A DNA stretch of 63,203 nucleotides, filler included, from Reticulomyxa filosa (GCA_000512085.1; 20 parts of 20 records of this genome joined end to end with filler, not necessarily neighbours in it); one strand, 5' to 3'. Counted from the first letter of the whole stretch, positions 25,098 through 37,552 are shown. Numbers and translations are program-made. The notes: generated from the letters alone by a model not told the origin.

Positions 25098-26135
25098 TTA
25101 TATGAATATTATAAACAAAATATCATTAGATGTAAGAATCCAGCCAGTTGTGGAGATTTTGCATTATTATTACAATAATCAAGACAACAAGAAATAGAAG
25201 AAGATATTGCTATATCACAAGCACTCGAAACATATATTCCATTACAATCAAATAATTATGCACATATGGATGGTGATAATCATTAAGAAGAAAAAGCATA
25301 TGATTGTTATCAACATGTGATTAAATTTTTGAAAGGAATAAAAAATGATGAACAAGAAGAAAAAATTGAACAACTTTATAAAAAAAAAGTAATGATAATT
25401 CAATGAAAATCAGGATCAGGAAAAAGTATATTATGTCATCATTTGGAAGAAACATTATGGAATAATTATAAATCTGATCCAAAACAACCTATTCCTGTTT
25501 ACATTTCATTTCCAAAAGTTTATACTCAACAAAATGAAAAAGATATTATTTTACAAGCATTAAAAAGTAAACACATTAATAAATAAATTATGGATGTAAT
25601 TCGTGAAAAAGTATAGTTTGTATTTATTATTGATTGATTTGATGAAATATTTGATAAATATAATGAAAATGATAATAACAATGAAAAATATTTTTATAAT
25701 CGTTTTAATTTAAATCAATGGAATGCAAATATTATCATTACTTGTCGAAGCAAAGTATTAAATGATGATGATATTAAAACCACTTTAATTGGCTTAAACA
25801 AAAATCAAAGTACATTAACCTCAAATGATGATTATATTAAAACTCCTTTAATTTCCGTAAACAAAAATCAAAGTGCAGTAACCTCAATGATGTATTTGTG
25901 GCCATTTACGAAACGACAAATGCATGATTATATTGATAAATTTGCAACAATAAAATCAAAAAATGAAAATAATATTTTGACATCAAAACAATATGAGTAG
26001 ACATTGTGCAATTATCCTAATTTACAGAAAATTATTGACGAACCATTTCTTCTTCAACTTATTTTAAGTGTATTACCACCACTGGTAAAACAATATGATA
26101 TATGAAGTAGAATATCAAAAGCACATTTATATGAC
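25098..26135 (+). pseudogene. NACHT/STAND P-loop NTPase pseudogene
   Basis: Single frame reading VMIIQ*KSGSGKS (Walker A), PIPVYISFP, FVFIID*FDE (Walker B), IIITCRS, YLWPF and EPFLLQ, with six in-frame stops. Confidence 0.85.
25761..25886 (+). repeat. 63-bp imperfect in-frame tandem duplication inside the NACHT pseudogene
   Basis: 25761-25823 and 25824-25886 both read AATGATGAT.ATATTAAAAC...AAACAAAAATCAAAGT.CA.TAACCTCA. Confidence 0.9.
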
Positions 26136-26509
26136 AATAAGAAGCAAATCTTACTACAGCTAGCGTTGGTAATTTTTATTACAATTTTTCATAAATTCTT
26201 TTACCTTTTTTTATTGTTTTGTTTATTGTGTATAATTTGTTATTCAAATAGTCTAAAGAAGAAAAGGTTCGAGTAATCGTATAACATTTGGTTCGAATAT
26301 TACATATCAAATTTGGATGGGTTAATGAACTTAACAAACTCGTTGTCAATTATGTTAGTTTATTTGTTCTTTTTTTCTTTTTAAAATGCAAATCAAAATA
26401 TTTAAATGTTTATTTAACATAGATACATACTATCTTTATGTTTGAAACATTCCGATCATCAAAATTAATCAATATACTCACTGGACATACTAGTAGTGTG
26501 AACAGTATT
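26133..26509 (+). pseudogene. 5' exons of a WD40-family gene (degenerate)
   Basis: SKEEKVRVIV*HLVRILHIKFGWVNELNKLVVNY and MFETFRSSKLINILTGHTSSVNSI, with the same exon layout as 2264-3666. Confidence 0.8.
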
Positions 26510-26672
26510 NNNNNNNNNNNNNNNNNNNNNNNNNNNNNNNNNNNNNNNNNNNNTTAATTAATTAANNNNNNNNNNNNNNNNNNNNNNNNNNNNNNNNNNN
26601 NNNNNNNNNTTTTTTTTTTTTTTTTTTTGAAGTTGCTCCTTTCCCCCCTTTTTTTTTTTAAAAAAAATTGTC

Positions 26673-27236
26673 TTGTGTTCAATTACAAAAACAAAATTGT
26701 GTGTAGGCAAAGCGATCGCTCCGATGATCCAGATTTTAAAGGAAATTTGTAATCTTGTGTCATTTCCACAATTTGAAAATGAAGAGGTGTACAATATAAT
26801 GCAAGGGATACAAGAAATTTGTTTGATCAATTGCAACAAAAGCGAACGTGATATCATTTGCATGAGCGACTTGCAAAGCGTTGATAGCATTTTTGCAAGA
26901 TATTTAAATCCTTTGCTTTCTCATGAGCAATGGAATCATAGCAATATCAAGTTCAAATGCTCTCACGTCTTGGAAAATGCTGATAAATTTAACAAACTTC
27001 ATGTAAGTAATCATAAGCTACTCCATGTAGGGCGGTTGCACACCGATTTGTTGAGGGCAACCTTGCCTCCTCCCAGTGATCAGGTGCTAATTCTTGTCTC
27101 TGGCTCCAGTGACATGTTGACACATGTCTGTGGCAACACTTCACGACGTCCTGAAGATCAACAAAAAACACAAGGAGATGTTGAGGGAATACTGAAAGAG
27201 CTCGGTTACACTTCTGATATGGTGTACAAATTTTAA
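26673..27236 (+). CDS. Last exon of a cytochrome b5 reductase-like oxidoreductase (NAD-binding domain)
   Basis: IAPMIQIL, LINCNKSERDI, LPPPSDQVLILVSG and QGDVEGILKELGYTSDMVYKF. Confidence 0.8.
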   Translation: MCSITKTKLCVGKAIAPMIQILKEICNLVSFPQFENEEVYNIMQGIQEICLINCNKSERDIICMSDLQSVDSIFARYLNPLLSHEQWNHSNIKFKCSHVLENADKFNKLHVSNHKLLHVGRLHTDLLRATLPPPSDQVLILVSGSSDMLTHVCGNTSRRPEDQQKTQGDVEGILKELGYTSDMVYKF

Positions 27237-27730
27237 ACTATTTGTACATCTTTTTTTTTTTCCCCCAATCACCCATTTTTTAAAAATCTGCTGATCTTTA
27301 TTTATTTTGTCGAATTGGTTCGCTCAGTGTTAGTGACTATACCCTCTCCACTTCGTTTGTTGCTTCACGCAATAAAGAAAAATGTTCCCGCTTTTTATTC
27401 TCTTTTAACGCTTTCACACAATTTGTTTTAACAAAATTTTAAAAATGGAAATGCATTATTATCACATATTTTTGCACAGAAAATTTACAAAGAGATTTTT
27501 GCCTTTTGTTGAAAAAAATTACATATTTAACAATAGTATATTTTGCTTTTTTCAGCAGTTGTAGACGATAAAAAATCTAAATCGAGAGTTGTTCTTAGCG
27601 AAGCAATATTGCACGTCAAAGAAAGAGCTGTCAGAGACATGATTGCTTTTTTTTTTTGTGAGCTGTCATCACGAAAGAAAAACACTCAAAGCGAAGGATT
27701 GATATTTGTAACTCATAAAAGAAGACGATG

Positions 27731-28861
27731 TCAATTTTCCTCAAGATTTTCATCTCCCTCCTCAATGACTCCAATATCATGGTTAAAAGTATTACCATCA
27801 CCATCGCCATCACAATCATCACGGATAAGGCTTTGTTCAGCCTCGACATCCTCAGCGTCGCTATTGTCCATCTCTGTATTAATTTCTTGATTAATTTGAT
27901 GCAAAAGGATCCTCCGACGCTCCACTCGCTCCAATCTACGCCGATGTTCGGTCATCTGCTCCATGAATTCTCTGCGAGCAAGAGTGGAGGGAAAGTAGAT
28001 CGTACAAGGACAAATAATGGCATGCGCGCGAAGCCAACAAGCAATGGGATATTTGAAGCAAAGCATGACAAAGAGGACGGTAAGCAGTGAAAAGCTAATA
28101 AACACAGTGATGAAATTTTGAGATGAAATGTCAATATACCAGTGTTTGGTCTTTGTTTTTTTGGTATTTTCAAAATAGTAGCAATCGTCACGCAAGCACA
28201 TGACATCCAAAACAGCGATATTGGGAGAGACGATCGAAAAATGGGACCGAACGGCATGGTCCAGCCGCGTGACAAACGTGTCATTGGACAGCAATTGTGG
28301 GACATGAGTTTCCGCTTGAGGTGTTAATGTGATGGTAAAGCGCACTTCCACTTTGGCGTCATTCGCCACGTTTTCAATGATAAAAAATTCAATTAAGTGA
28401 CTATTATATGACATATTCAACGACTCCCCTATGCTATAGCCCAGCAAATTTTCATACGATCGCAAGGTATCCGCGTTGCAACCCTTCAGTTGCATATACA
28501 CGACCAGCGTATTAGGGCATTGTGAATTGCTAAAAAAAAAAATATATATACATATATATGTATACGTATACATATAAGTATATATATATGTATATATATA
28601 TAAATGTATTATTATTGATATCAACAAAATGAAATGATAAATACCATTAGTATTAGTCACACTTCCACTGGCATCATTAACGTCTGCGATGACAGTGCCT
28701 TCGAAATCATTGATGGAATCGATCTGCAATTCTTCAGTCGTCGTGATTCGATAACCCCAACAACAATGCTTACACATCTTGGAATAAGGGCTTTCGGGTG
28801 TCGCATCTCTGCCGGTACTCTCATTTCTCTTAAAAGTGTCGTTGCTTTGTGATGCGCTTCG

Positions 28862-28892
<31 letters not shown>

Positions 28893-29323
28893 TCTCTCGT
28901 ATTTAAATACAAACAATCGGCACTGCAACGATCTCCCATCCAGATACACACATTCTCCGCCAGACACTCGGCACAGTTGTCAAAGTCCGCACATGGCACC
29001 ACCAAACCAAGTCTCCATATGTCCTCCGATGATTCTATTGCTTTCGTCGTACTGTTGCTTCGAATCAAACGCTCGCAGTCCGTACAACAATACGAGTCGT
29101 TTTGTATCTCGATACTATACTTCTCCAAATCCCAATAAAAACAATCCTTTGCACATTTGTAATCTTGACAAAAAATGTTGCCGTCAGTGCAATCACATGT
29201 CATGCAGGCCGTCACGTTCCACTGGCTGTTCCGGGGATGGTACTCATCGTTCATCCAACAACCTAATGAAGAAGCATTAATTAGAGGAGCAATTGTAGAA
29301 ACCAATAGCTCTCTAGCGCTCAT
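27731..29323 (-). CDS. Type I membrane protein with Cys-rich ectodomain (VWC-like and PSI-like modules); the ORF reads through a probable intron at ~28530-28645
   Basis: W..ACMTCDCTDGNIFCQDYKC...CCTDC, CAECLAENVCIWMGDRC, hydrophobic FITVFISFSLLTVLFVMLCF and an acidic tail. Confidence 0.6.
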
Positions 29324-29889
29324 CTTGCTTTACACGAGGCGAGTTATTATATTATGATTTATTAGTTAGATATTTTTAGGGGTTTTTTTTCCACCAGACA
29401 ACTACGACAAACAGTTACACTACCTTCGGGTTAAAAATCTAAATCAGAAATATTTTGTGAAATTCAAATTATATCATAGAAAATACAAAACGATTCCTTG
29501 CTGTTCTGTTAAATTTACTAAACTACAGATTTCATTTGGCTTGGATAAAATTTAATTTTTTAAAAATACAACAGTCTTTTTGTAAAATTATCAAAATTCA
29601 TTTTTATCTGTATTTATACAATGGGAATGAATATTTATTATTGTTTGGGCAATACAGTTGTTGACCAACGAAGTCATTCAAGTAGCTCAGCTAATGACCA
29701 CTTATATTCTCAAAAAGTAAAAAAAACTATTTAAAAGACATAGCTACTTGTATTTTAGATAAAAAGATATACATAATGATATATATTTTTTTGCAATAAT
29801 TTTTTTTTTTTTTTTTTGTTTAAAAGCAATTTTGATCGTTTACGCGTGGTAGTGAACTTTTTTTGAAATAAATTTTATTTCCATATAAA

Positions 29890-30509
29890 ATGTTGGATCG
29901 TTTGCATTTGCAAGATGTCTCCGCGTCTTCATTGAAAAACCGTTGGATAGGTGTTTGTGGGACAGCTTTTGTGACGTGGACTTGGTGTGATTTATGGTAT
30001 TATGCCTCGTTTCAAGCGTTGCAATCAAGCGGCTATGGTTATTGGTATTCGATAATATCGATGTACACAAATCACGTAGTGTGTGCATTTATTTTATTGG
30101 ATCTGTGTAGTTGTTGTCACATCCGTAACACGAGTGGTTTTTACTTGGCAGCGTCATTTAGCGGTTGGACATTGTCTGGTCTGTTGACAACCAGTTATTA
30201 TGACTTTTTACCGGTGAGCGTGTCATGGCGAGGATTGTTTTGGTATGCATTCGTTGGAGTGTGTGTGGGTTTGTGGTGCATACGAACTCTGTTGCACCAA
30301 ACATCAAAATATGGACTTTTGTGAGATACTGTCTCCTCGTTTCGGTGATATGGGCTTTTTGGAGCACATTTTGGCATCATAGTATCGGCAGTCCCTTTCA
30401 AGAATTCATGCCATCTTTGGTATCAGTGACATTGTTTTTATTTATTACCACTGGTTGGTGCTGCACAGCACTTTGCATACTATGCGCATATGTGCATGCA
30501 CACGAATAG
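29890..30509 (+). CDS. Multi-pass membrane protein of unknown function (frameshift or intron near 30320)
   Basis: Two overlapping hydrophobic ORFs with coding-like composition. Confidence 0.45.
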
Positions 30510-30636
30510 GATACCCCCTTTTTTTTTTTTTTTTTNNNNNNNNNNNNNNNNNNNNNNNNNNNNNNNNNNNNNNNNNNNNTTAATTAATTAANNNNNNNNN
30601 NNNNNNNNNNNNNNNNNNNNNNNNNNNNNNNNNNNT

Positions 30637-30667
<31 letters not shown>

Positions 30668-30699
30668 AGGTAAGAGAGCAAGTGAGAAGAAAGCGAACA

Positions 30700-31850
30700 A
30701 AGCACAACGTACCAACAGTATCTCCAGTTACCGCTGCTTTATGTGCTTCGCTTCCTTTCTTCCCAGTGGCTTCGATTAATTTCTTTGCATTATCCCAAGC
30801 TCCACCACTGTTATCCAGGAAAATGGCCATCAGTAGTCCGCTCATAGTTCCAAACATTAAAAACGAAGCAACGACCTCCACGCCCAGCATGGGGTTGCCC
30901 TTCAAGGATCCAATATAGCGAAATATCAGCCCAACCATAACTGGAGAAGCTAGTGCTAATATTGCAGGTCGAATCATTTCTCGCAAAGCAGCTCTGTTTA
31001 TTTAGTAATATAATGAAAAAAAAAAAAAAGCCGAGAAGAAAGAAGAAGAGTATACTTGGTGACCAATTCAACACATTTTCCATATTCCGGTTTGGCTTGA
31101 TGTTGCATGATTCCGGGGATATCTTGGAATTGTCTGCGGACTTCTATCACGACATCTTCAGCAGTTCTACCGACGGCGTCAATGGACCATCCAGTAAATA
31201 AAAATACCATCATAATACCCAAGAGGCCGCCAATCATTACTTCGATCTTTGTGATATTCACAGTTTCAAAAGGCACTTTCACCAGCACACTGATTTCATC
31301 TAAAAAGGCCTGAAACAGCAAAAAGCACGCCAACGCAGAGCCTCCGACAGCATAGCCTTTCGTAGCCGCTTTCGTTACATTGCCGACGGCATCCAATCCT
31401 AAGTGACATATACCACCAATACATATATAATAAATATTCCATCATATTCAAGGTGTCATATATCAATTTTTTTGTTTTGTTTTATATTAACTGTCAGTGA
31501 TAGCACGAACTTCTTGTGGCTGTTCACTCATTTCAACGATTCCTCCTCCATTGTCGGCGATCGGACCAAAGTTGTTCATGGACAAGACAAAGACGGCGGT
31601 GCACAGCATCCCCATGGTGGCGCATGCGGTGCCAAACAGTCCGGAAACATGCTCTGGCAATCCGGTGGTGGAGCCCAGCATATATGCGGAAAACAATGAG
31701 CACGAGATGACGAGTACCGGCAAGCAGGTTGACTCCATTCCAACCGATACACCGGCAATTATATTGGTGCCATGGCCGGTGCGTGACGCTTTGCAGATTC
31801 GTTTCACCGGTTCGTTTGTATAATCGGTGTAATATTGCGTGATCAACTAC
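30700..31850 (-). CDS. Membrane H+-translocating pyrophosphatase, K+-independent (AVP2-like); internal fragment of 3 exons
   Basis: GHGTNIIAG, FGPIADNGGGIVEMS, DAVGNVTKAATKG, DNSGGAWDNAKK and HKAAVTGDTVG. Confidence 0.95.
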
Positions 31851-32324
31851 ACTCAACAACAACAACAACAACATCGAACAAAAAAAAAAAAAATGTATTC
31901 AAGTTCCATGCATGTGCGCATGTACGCACATAGNNNNNNNNNNNNNNNNNNNNNNNNNNNNNNNNNNNNNNNNNNNNTTAATTAATTAANNNNNNNNNNN
32001 NNNNNNNNNNNNNNNNNNNNNNNNNNNNNNNNNTTTTTTTTGTTAAGTCATCTTAGTACGCCTTGCTTCGATTCAAGAGAAGAAACTTACCAAAGATGAT
32101 GTAGTTTTTTTTTGTTAGTAGTGGTATTCATTCTTTCATTAACTTTTCACAGGAAAAACAATCTAACTTTTGAGTCCCTCTCCCTTAAGCTGTACTTTTT
32201 TTGACAGACTACGTCCAAACTTTCTCTATTTCATAATGCCACTATCATAACAATAAATTTTTTATTTCATTCATCAATCAAAGTCTTTGTTGCATTTGTT
32301 CAAGAGCATCGCGTAATTTATATG

Positions 32325-32943
32325 TCACTTCAGCATTATTGCAAATAATGACAGCAGAACGGTTACTCTAGAGCATTGGAAGGACCGAGTATACGCAAAC
32401 TCAAAACATCTCCTTCGATAGAATGCTCTATTCATAGAGTTGGATATAATTTTGCTCATTCTTTCTCTTTCAAGATTAAGTGTTAAGTTTGTAAGTCTAA
32501 TGCTTGGTCCGCTTTGACGTTTTATGATATGAACTGAATGAATATATTGGTTGAATACACTGTCAATATCTTGGATTTTGTTTAGGCTGCCTTTTTTTTG
32601 CAAATTCCTTCATTTTTGTCCGACCCCACATATACAATGTTTTACTGCTTTCATCCATTTCATTTACGTTATAACCAGAACGTGGGATGAAACTTTTGTT
32701 TTTGCTTTCGATTTCAATTGGTCTATTAACATATGTCAGATCTGATATTGACAAGTCTCGCTTAGGCTGTGCCTTTTCTTTCTCATTCTTCTTCTGTGGT
32801 GTCTTCACCAAAGAAATCGTCGTCGTTCTTGCGGAAACTATAGTTGTCGCTTCGGCGACGTTCTGTAAGTAATTGATGAAACAATTATATACATTCAGTA
32901 TTTCAGTTGTCTTGTGGATGTCATGTGCTTTTGGTATGTTCAT
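32325..32943 (-). CDS. Hypothetical protein, frameshifted (possibly a pseudogene)
   Basis: Overlapping ORFs 32563-32943 and 32325-32603 switch frame at an A-run. No domain recognised. Confidence 0.3.
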
Positions 32944-33575
32944 CTTTTCTTTCTTTTAATTATCTTTCCTAACAAAGCGTTGATCAATTAAGGGGGAAAC
33001 TTTGAATCTTGAAACTAGAGTTTTATGTGTTTTTTTAAGTTTATGAAAATGATAATTGCTGCAATTATTATTTGCGTAATTTTTGATTTGTAATGTATAA
33101 ATATTTGTAAATTTGTTAATTTTGTTTGTTTTATATTTTTCAAAAAATTGTTTGGTCATCCACTTTGTTAAATGCAATCTTTCACATTTTTTAGAAATGA
33201 AGCATAGTGCACAAAAACGTTAATAGAGTTTAATCTTTTGTTTAACTTGTCAAAAAATTGTAGAAGTTCTAATTTTTGTATTCACTGCAAAGACCACATT
33301 TTTTCTTGAAATGAAAATAATTGTGACTTGGAAACGAGCAGAACGAGTTTTTGGAAACAGTAAAAATAAGTATAAAGAATTATATTGTCCTTTCCAATCA
33401 AGTTATTTTTATAGTTAAAAAAGAGCAAAGAGAAAGAAGATTGATGGACAAGTTTTTTTTTAGGTGGATATCATTATTCCAATGTGAGCACAAAAAAAAA
33501 AGGTTTCCACAATCAATTTGATTAAACTAGTTTTGTTTTTTTTTCTTGCTTAAAAAAAAAAAATTACTAGTTATT

Positions 33576-34097
33576 TCAGACGACTTGACCAGTTGGTGCA
33601 ATAACAATATCACGAACGCATGCTCTTTTTGGAAGTTTATAAACGTATAAGCAAGCGTCAGCAATATCGTCAGCCAGCAAAGGACCATCCAACAAACTTT
33701 TTTTCATATTTGTGAAAGTGTCATAAACTTCTTTTCTGCCCTTATTTGCTTCGAGCACTTCCGTCTATTTTTTTTTTTTTTAAGGTTAGTGATTGAAATC
33801 AAAAAACAAAGTCAATGACCCAATTTGAATACGTACATTTGCAAATCAACAAACAAAAAAAAAAGTAGTAACTTCAACAAGGCCTGGACTAATGGTAGTA
33901 ACCTTGACACCACTCGTGGCAACTTCGGCACGTACACCTTCACTGATCGCATTGACAGCTGCTTTGGTTGCACAGTACACAGTTGAACCGGGAAAAATTG
34001 TCTTCCCTGCTATCGATGATATGTTGATTATCGTCCCGCTTTTGCGTTCTTTCATCCCTTTCAACACACTCTTGATGCCGTTCAATACGCCATAAAC
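33576..34097 (-). CDS. Short-chain dehydrogenase/reductase, 3' exons
   Basis: IINISSIAG, catalytic YCATK, VTTISPGLVE/T and DDIADA..Y..P. Confidence 0.92.
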
Positions 34098-34220
34098 CTT
34101 TTTTTTTTTTTTTTTTTTTTNNNNNNNNNNNNNNNNNNNNNNNNNNNNNNNNNNNNNNNNNNNNTTAATTAATTAANNNNNNNNNNNNNNNNNNNNNNNN
34201 NNNNNNNNNNNNNNNNNNNN

Positions 34221-35971
34221 AAAAATGAAGGATTGGTGATGTGGAAAAGTCGCGCAAAAGCGCTAGGCTGGCCAAACAAGCCGATATCATTTGCGCAGAT
34301 TGGCACATTAGCACTGAATGCAAGCGGTTGGAGCGTGTATGGACACAGCGAATGGGGATTGTTCAAATATGCACATGCTAAATCCAGATAGCGCCAATAG
34401 CGGACGTCTGTCAGTTACAGATAACATTTTTGCAAACAGCAATGCCACAACAGAACAAGGTTTGAGTGTGAATGAAGTCGATGCAGCTCAATACAACGAT
34501 CGTGTTATTGCTGTGGAGCAAAGTGTCACCCATTTAGGTTTGATGTACAAGATTGTATGTATAACTACCCCCTTTTTTTTAAAAAAAAATTTTTATGTTT
34601 ATTTCCGTGTATACGTATAAGACATGCTATTTTGAGAAATTTTTAAAAGATGCAATGTTGGAAACAGCAATTGAGCTTTTTTTAAAAAAAATTGTGATCA
34701 TGCGAAATTTACATTTTTACTTGCAAAAAAAAAAAAAAAGGTCACGCATAAAAAAGTATATAAAAAAAATTAAAAAAAAAAGGTGGCTTAGATATTGATC
34801 TCTTAGCCAGAATGAAAAACCACGGACCCAACTACTTAGACGCCGTGGCCACATATGAACCAAACGTTGTGAGCTGGAACAAAAAGTATGATTCAGAGCT
34901 GACATTATATTGGAACGATACTTGGGTGTTTATATATTTGAACGACGGTACATTTTGGTTAGATCACCCCCTTTGCGTGCTGAACAAAGCTGATTGGGTA
35001 ACTTCAGAACAAGTGGAAGCGGCTCGTCTTTTTGTGGAATATGTCACACAAAAAGAAAAGCTACAAGAAATGCTTCAATACGGAATTCGACCTACCGAAA
35101 ATTCTGGGATCACTGACATTACTTGTTGCAACTCGATCATTACAAAAAACTTTGGTGCCGATCCTACCCAAAATATTGAGACCACTCCTCTCATTGCTTA
35201 TCCAACTGCTACTGTCATGACCGAAATTGTCAAAGTCTGGCATAAAATTAAACGCCCTTCTTGCATTTCCTTGGTGTTGGATACGTCCGGTTCAATGTCT
35301 TCCTATGACGGTTGGATATTTTTTTTTATTATTATGCCCCTATCTGTATACGTATACATTCTCTTAAAAATTGGAGGGAATAGCTGAATTAATTTAAAAA
35401 AAATAAAAAATAAAAAGGTTACCCCAAATCTCGGTTGAAATATTCCCAATTTGCAATCCAAAACTTTATCAATTCGACACAAAGTTATGATTACCTTGAG
35501 GGCTTTGTTTTCAATTGGAGTGGAAATGGTTATACGAAGTCAGCGTATCACGGGAAAAAAGAAGACATTGGGGATTCTTTGAGCAATTGGTTTAGTCATC
35601 TTAGTGCCAGTGGGGGGACCCCTCTATTTCGTACTCTTTTGGCAGCTTGGGAGTCGATTACTGCAGTCAAAACGAACAATCTACAAAACGGAACGCAATG
35701 CAATTACGGCATTATCGTGTTGACCGATGGTGTTGATACTGCAAGTACTCTTGACGAACAGAAAGAACTGAGAGCAAAGTACCCTGATACTGTTCAAGAG
35801 GCTGTAGATTCAAATATGATTCATATGTACCCAGTGTTAATTGGAGAGCAATCTGATGCACAGACGACTTATATGTGGAATCTAGCAAACGTTAGTGGTG
35901 GGCACTTCTGGGAACTTACCCAAAACGATCAGATTGTAAACATATATACCACCATTGCCCTAGAATTTTAA
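34221..35971 (+). CDS. Bacterial-type extracellular solute-binding domain + C-terminal vWA domain protein with spliceosomal introns (34538-34782 and 35311-35417); 5'-truncated, 1-nt frameshift near 34380
   Basis: MWKSRAKALGWP, GWSVYGHSEWGLFKYAHA/NPDSANSG and GTFWLDHP. vWA MIDAS elements LVLDTSGSM, GGTPL and IIVLTDG. Confidence 0.82.
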
Positions 35972-36394
35972 CATGAACTTTTCAAATAAATTGGTATTTT
36001 TGAATTTTTTTATCAAGTATAAATTTTTTTTTTTGCGGTTGATTTGTTATTTGTCAAGTGTTCTGAATAAAACAAGAGCATTTGAGGTTTTGTTAAGGAT
36101 AATGTTTCTCACTGAAGCTTTATTAACGTTATATTTGCATAAAATAAACTTTTAAATGTGAGAATTGAAAGAGTAAATTGCTAGACGTGAAATATTGACG
36201 ATTAAAATAAGTCAACATTATGAAATTAATTTTGAAATAAAGAAGTGTATAACAAATACACTTTGCAAATTTTCAAAAGATTTTGAGTGTATTTTATCTC
36301 AAATTGTTAAGTACACAATGTGGAATATGACAAAGCGAACAGTCAGGAACTAGAAGAAATTTGAAAAATTAGACATCTCTGGGAAAAAAAAGAT

Positions 36395-37350
36395 TTATTT
36401 TTTTTGGAGATACTTCAATCTTCTATCTTTTCTAGCCATTTGCAACAACAACCTCTTTCTGACCTCATCTCGTTCAGGAACGTTTTTGGGCACGCCTAAA
36501 AGTAATTCAGTAGGATCTTTTAGGCCCAAATGTGGATTTTTGGCAATGTAGTCAGTGTATTCAATAAACCGTAACAATTTGATTTTATCCTCCCAATCGG
36601 CATTAAATTTGGTTTCCTCCCTTTCACTTTTTGAAGTTTTGGGAAAGCCATCCTTTTCTTCGGGAGTATTGTAAGGTACTACACTTTGTGATGATTGTTT
36701 TGGAGAAAGTTTTTTTTCACTGTCCATTGAAGGTTGAGTCCGCATGCTGTCTTCCTTGCGCATTAGTTGGCTTTTTAACGTGGGTTCAAGCTGCTTGCTC
36801 ACATGAGTCGTCCATTGATCTGCAATGCTTAATCGTAAATTTCGACCTTCCTCATCACTCAATACTTTCGTCCGACGATATACCTTTTTTTTTTTTTTTT
36901 TTTTGAGCGCATGTTAAATACTTGTCAATCCTAAAACCTTCTATACACACAAACCTCCCAAATTCTTTGCTTTTGTTTAAGCAAGTCACGCATTCGGAAC
37001 CTCGCTTGTTCATATGCTTCCTCCTCCGTTAGCTTTTTGTTATGCATGAACCAAGCTTGACAAGCCGCAAACTCAATATCAGGTTCAAACCCATGGCTGA
37101 CAAAACAATCATTAAACAACACTGACGAGTTATTTTTATTATGTGCAAGGACAGCGATAGAGAAGTGGAAGATGGATGTTTAAATATACATATATATATA
37201 TATATGTATACGTATATGTAACTTTTGATGTAAATTTTTTTTTTTAAAATTTATTTTTGTTTGGTTTGCTTCGTTTTTTTTTTTTTTTTAACGAAACGTT
37301 GGTGTCGAAAAAGCTTCCTGGAAATGTGCTCCTGCCATTATATTTGCAAC
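36395..37350 (-). CDS. Multi-exon protein fragment, possibly mitoribosomal mS23-like
   Basis: FAACQAWFMHNKKLTEEEAYEQAR resembles the mS23/Rsm25 'EEEAY..A' segment. Weak similarity judged by eye. Confidence 0.35.
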
Positions 37351-37450
37351 NNNNNNNNNNNNNNNNNNNNNNNNNNNNNNNNNNNNNNNNNNNNTTAATT
37401 AATTAANNNNNNNNNNNNNNNNNNNNNNNNNNNNNNNNNNNNNNNNNNNN

Positions 37451-37552
37451 GTCGTCGGCACCGCCGGCGAAGCCCTGGTCGTCGCCCGCCGCACCTTCGC
37501 GCTCGGCATGCTGGCCAAGGAGGAGATACGCCCGCTGCCAGCGCCAAGGTGA
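37451..37552 (+). CDS. 3' end of an unidentified bacterial gene convergent with hipA
   Basis: Frame VVGTAGEALVVARRTFALGMLAKEEIRPLPAPR* with GC-rich third codon positions. Confidence 0.4.
   Translation, partial: VVGTAGEALVVARRTFALGMLAKEEIRPLPAPR

Noticed and set aside
25404-26105. TGA reassigned to Gly (alternative genetic code)
   Set aside because: The same frame also has TAA and TAG stops, GGA is used for Gly alongside, and TGA terminates intact genes elsewhere (RBM39, SDR, Piwi). Pseudogenisation is simpler.
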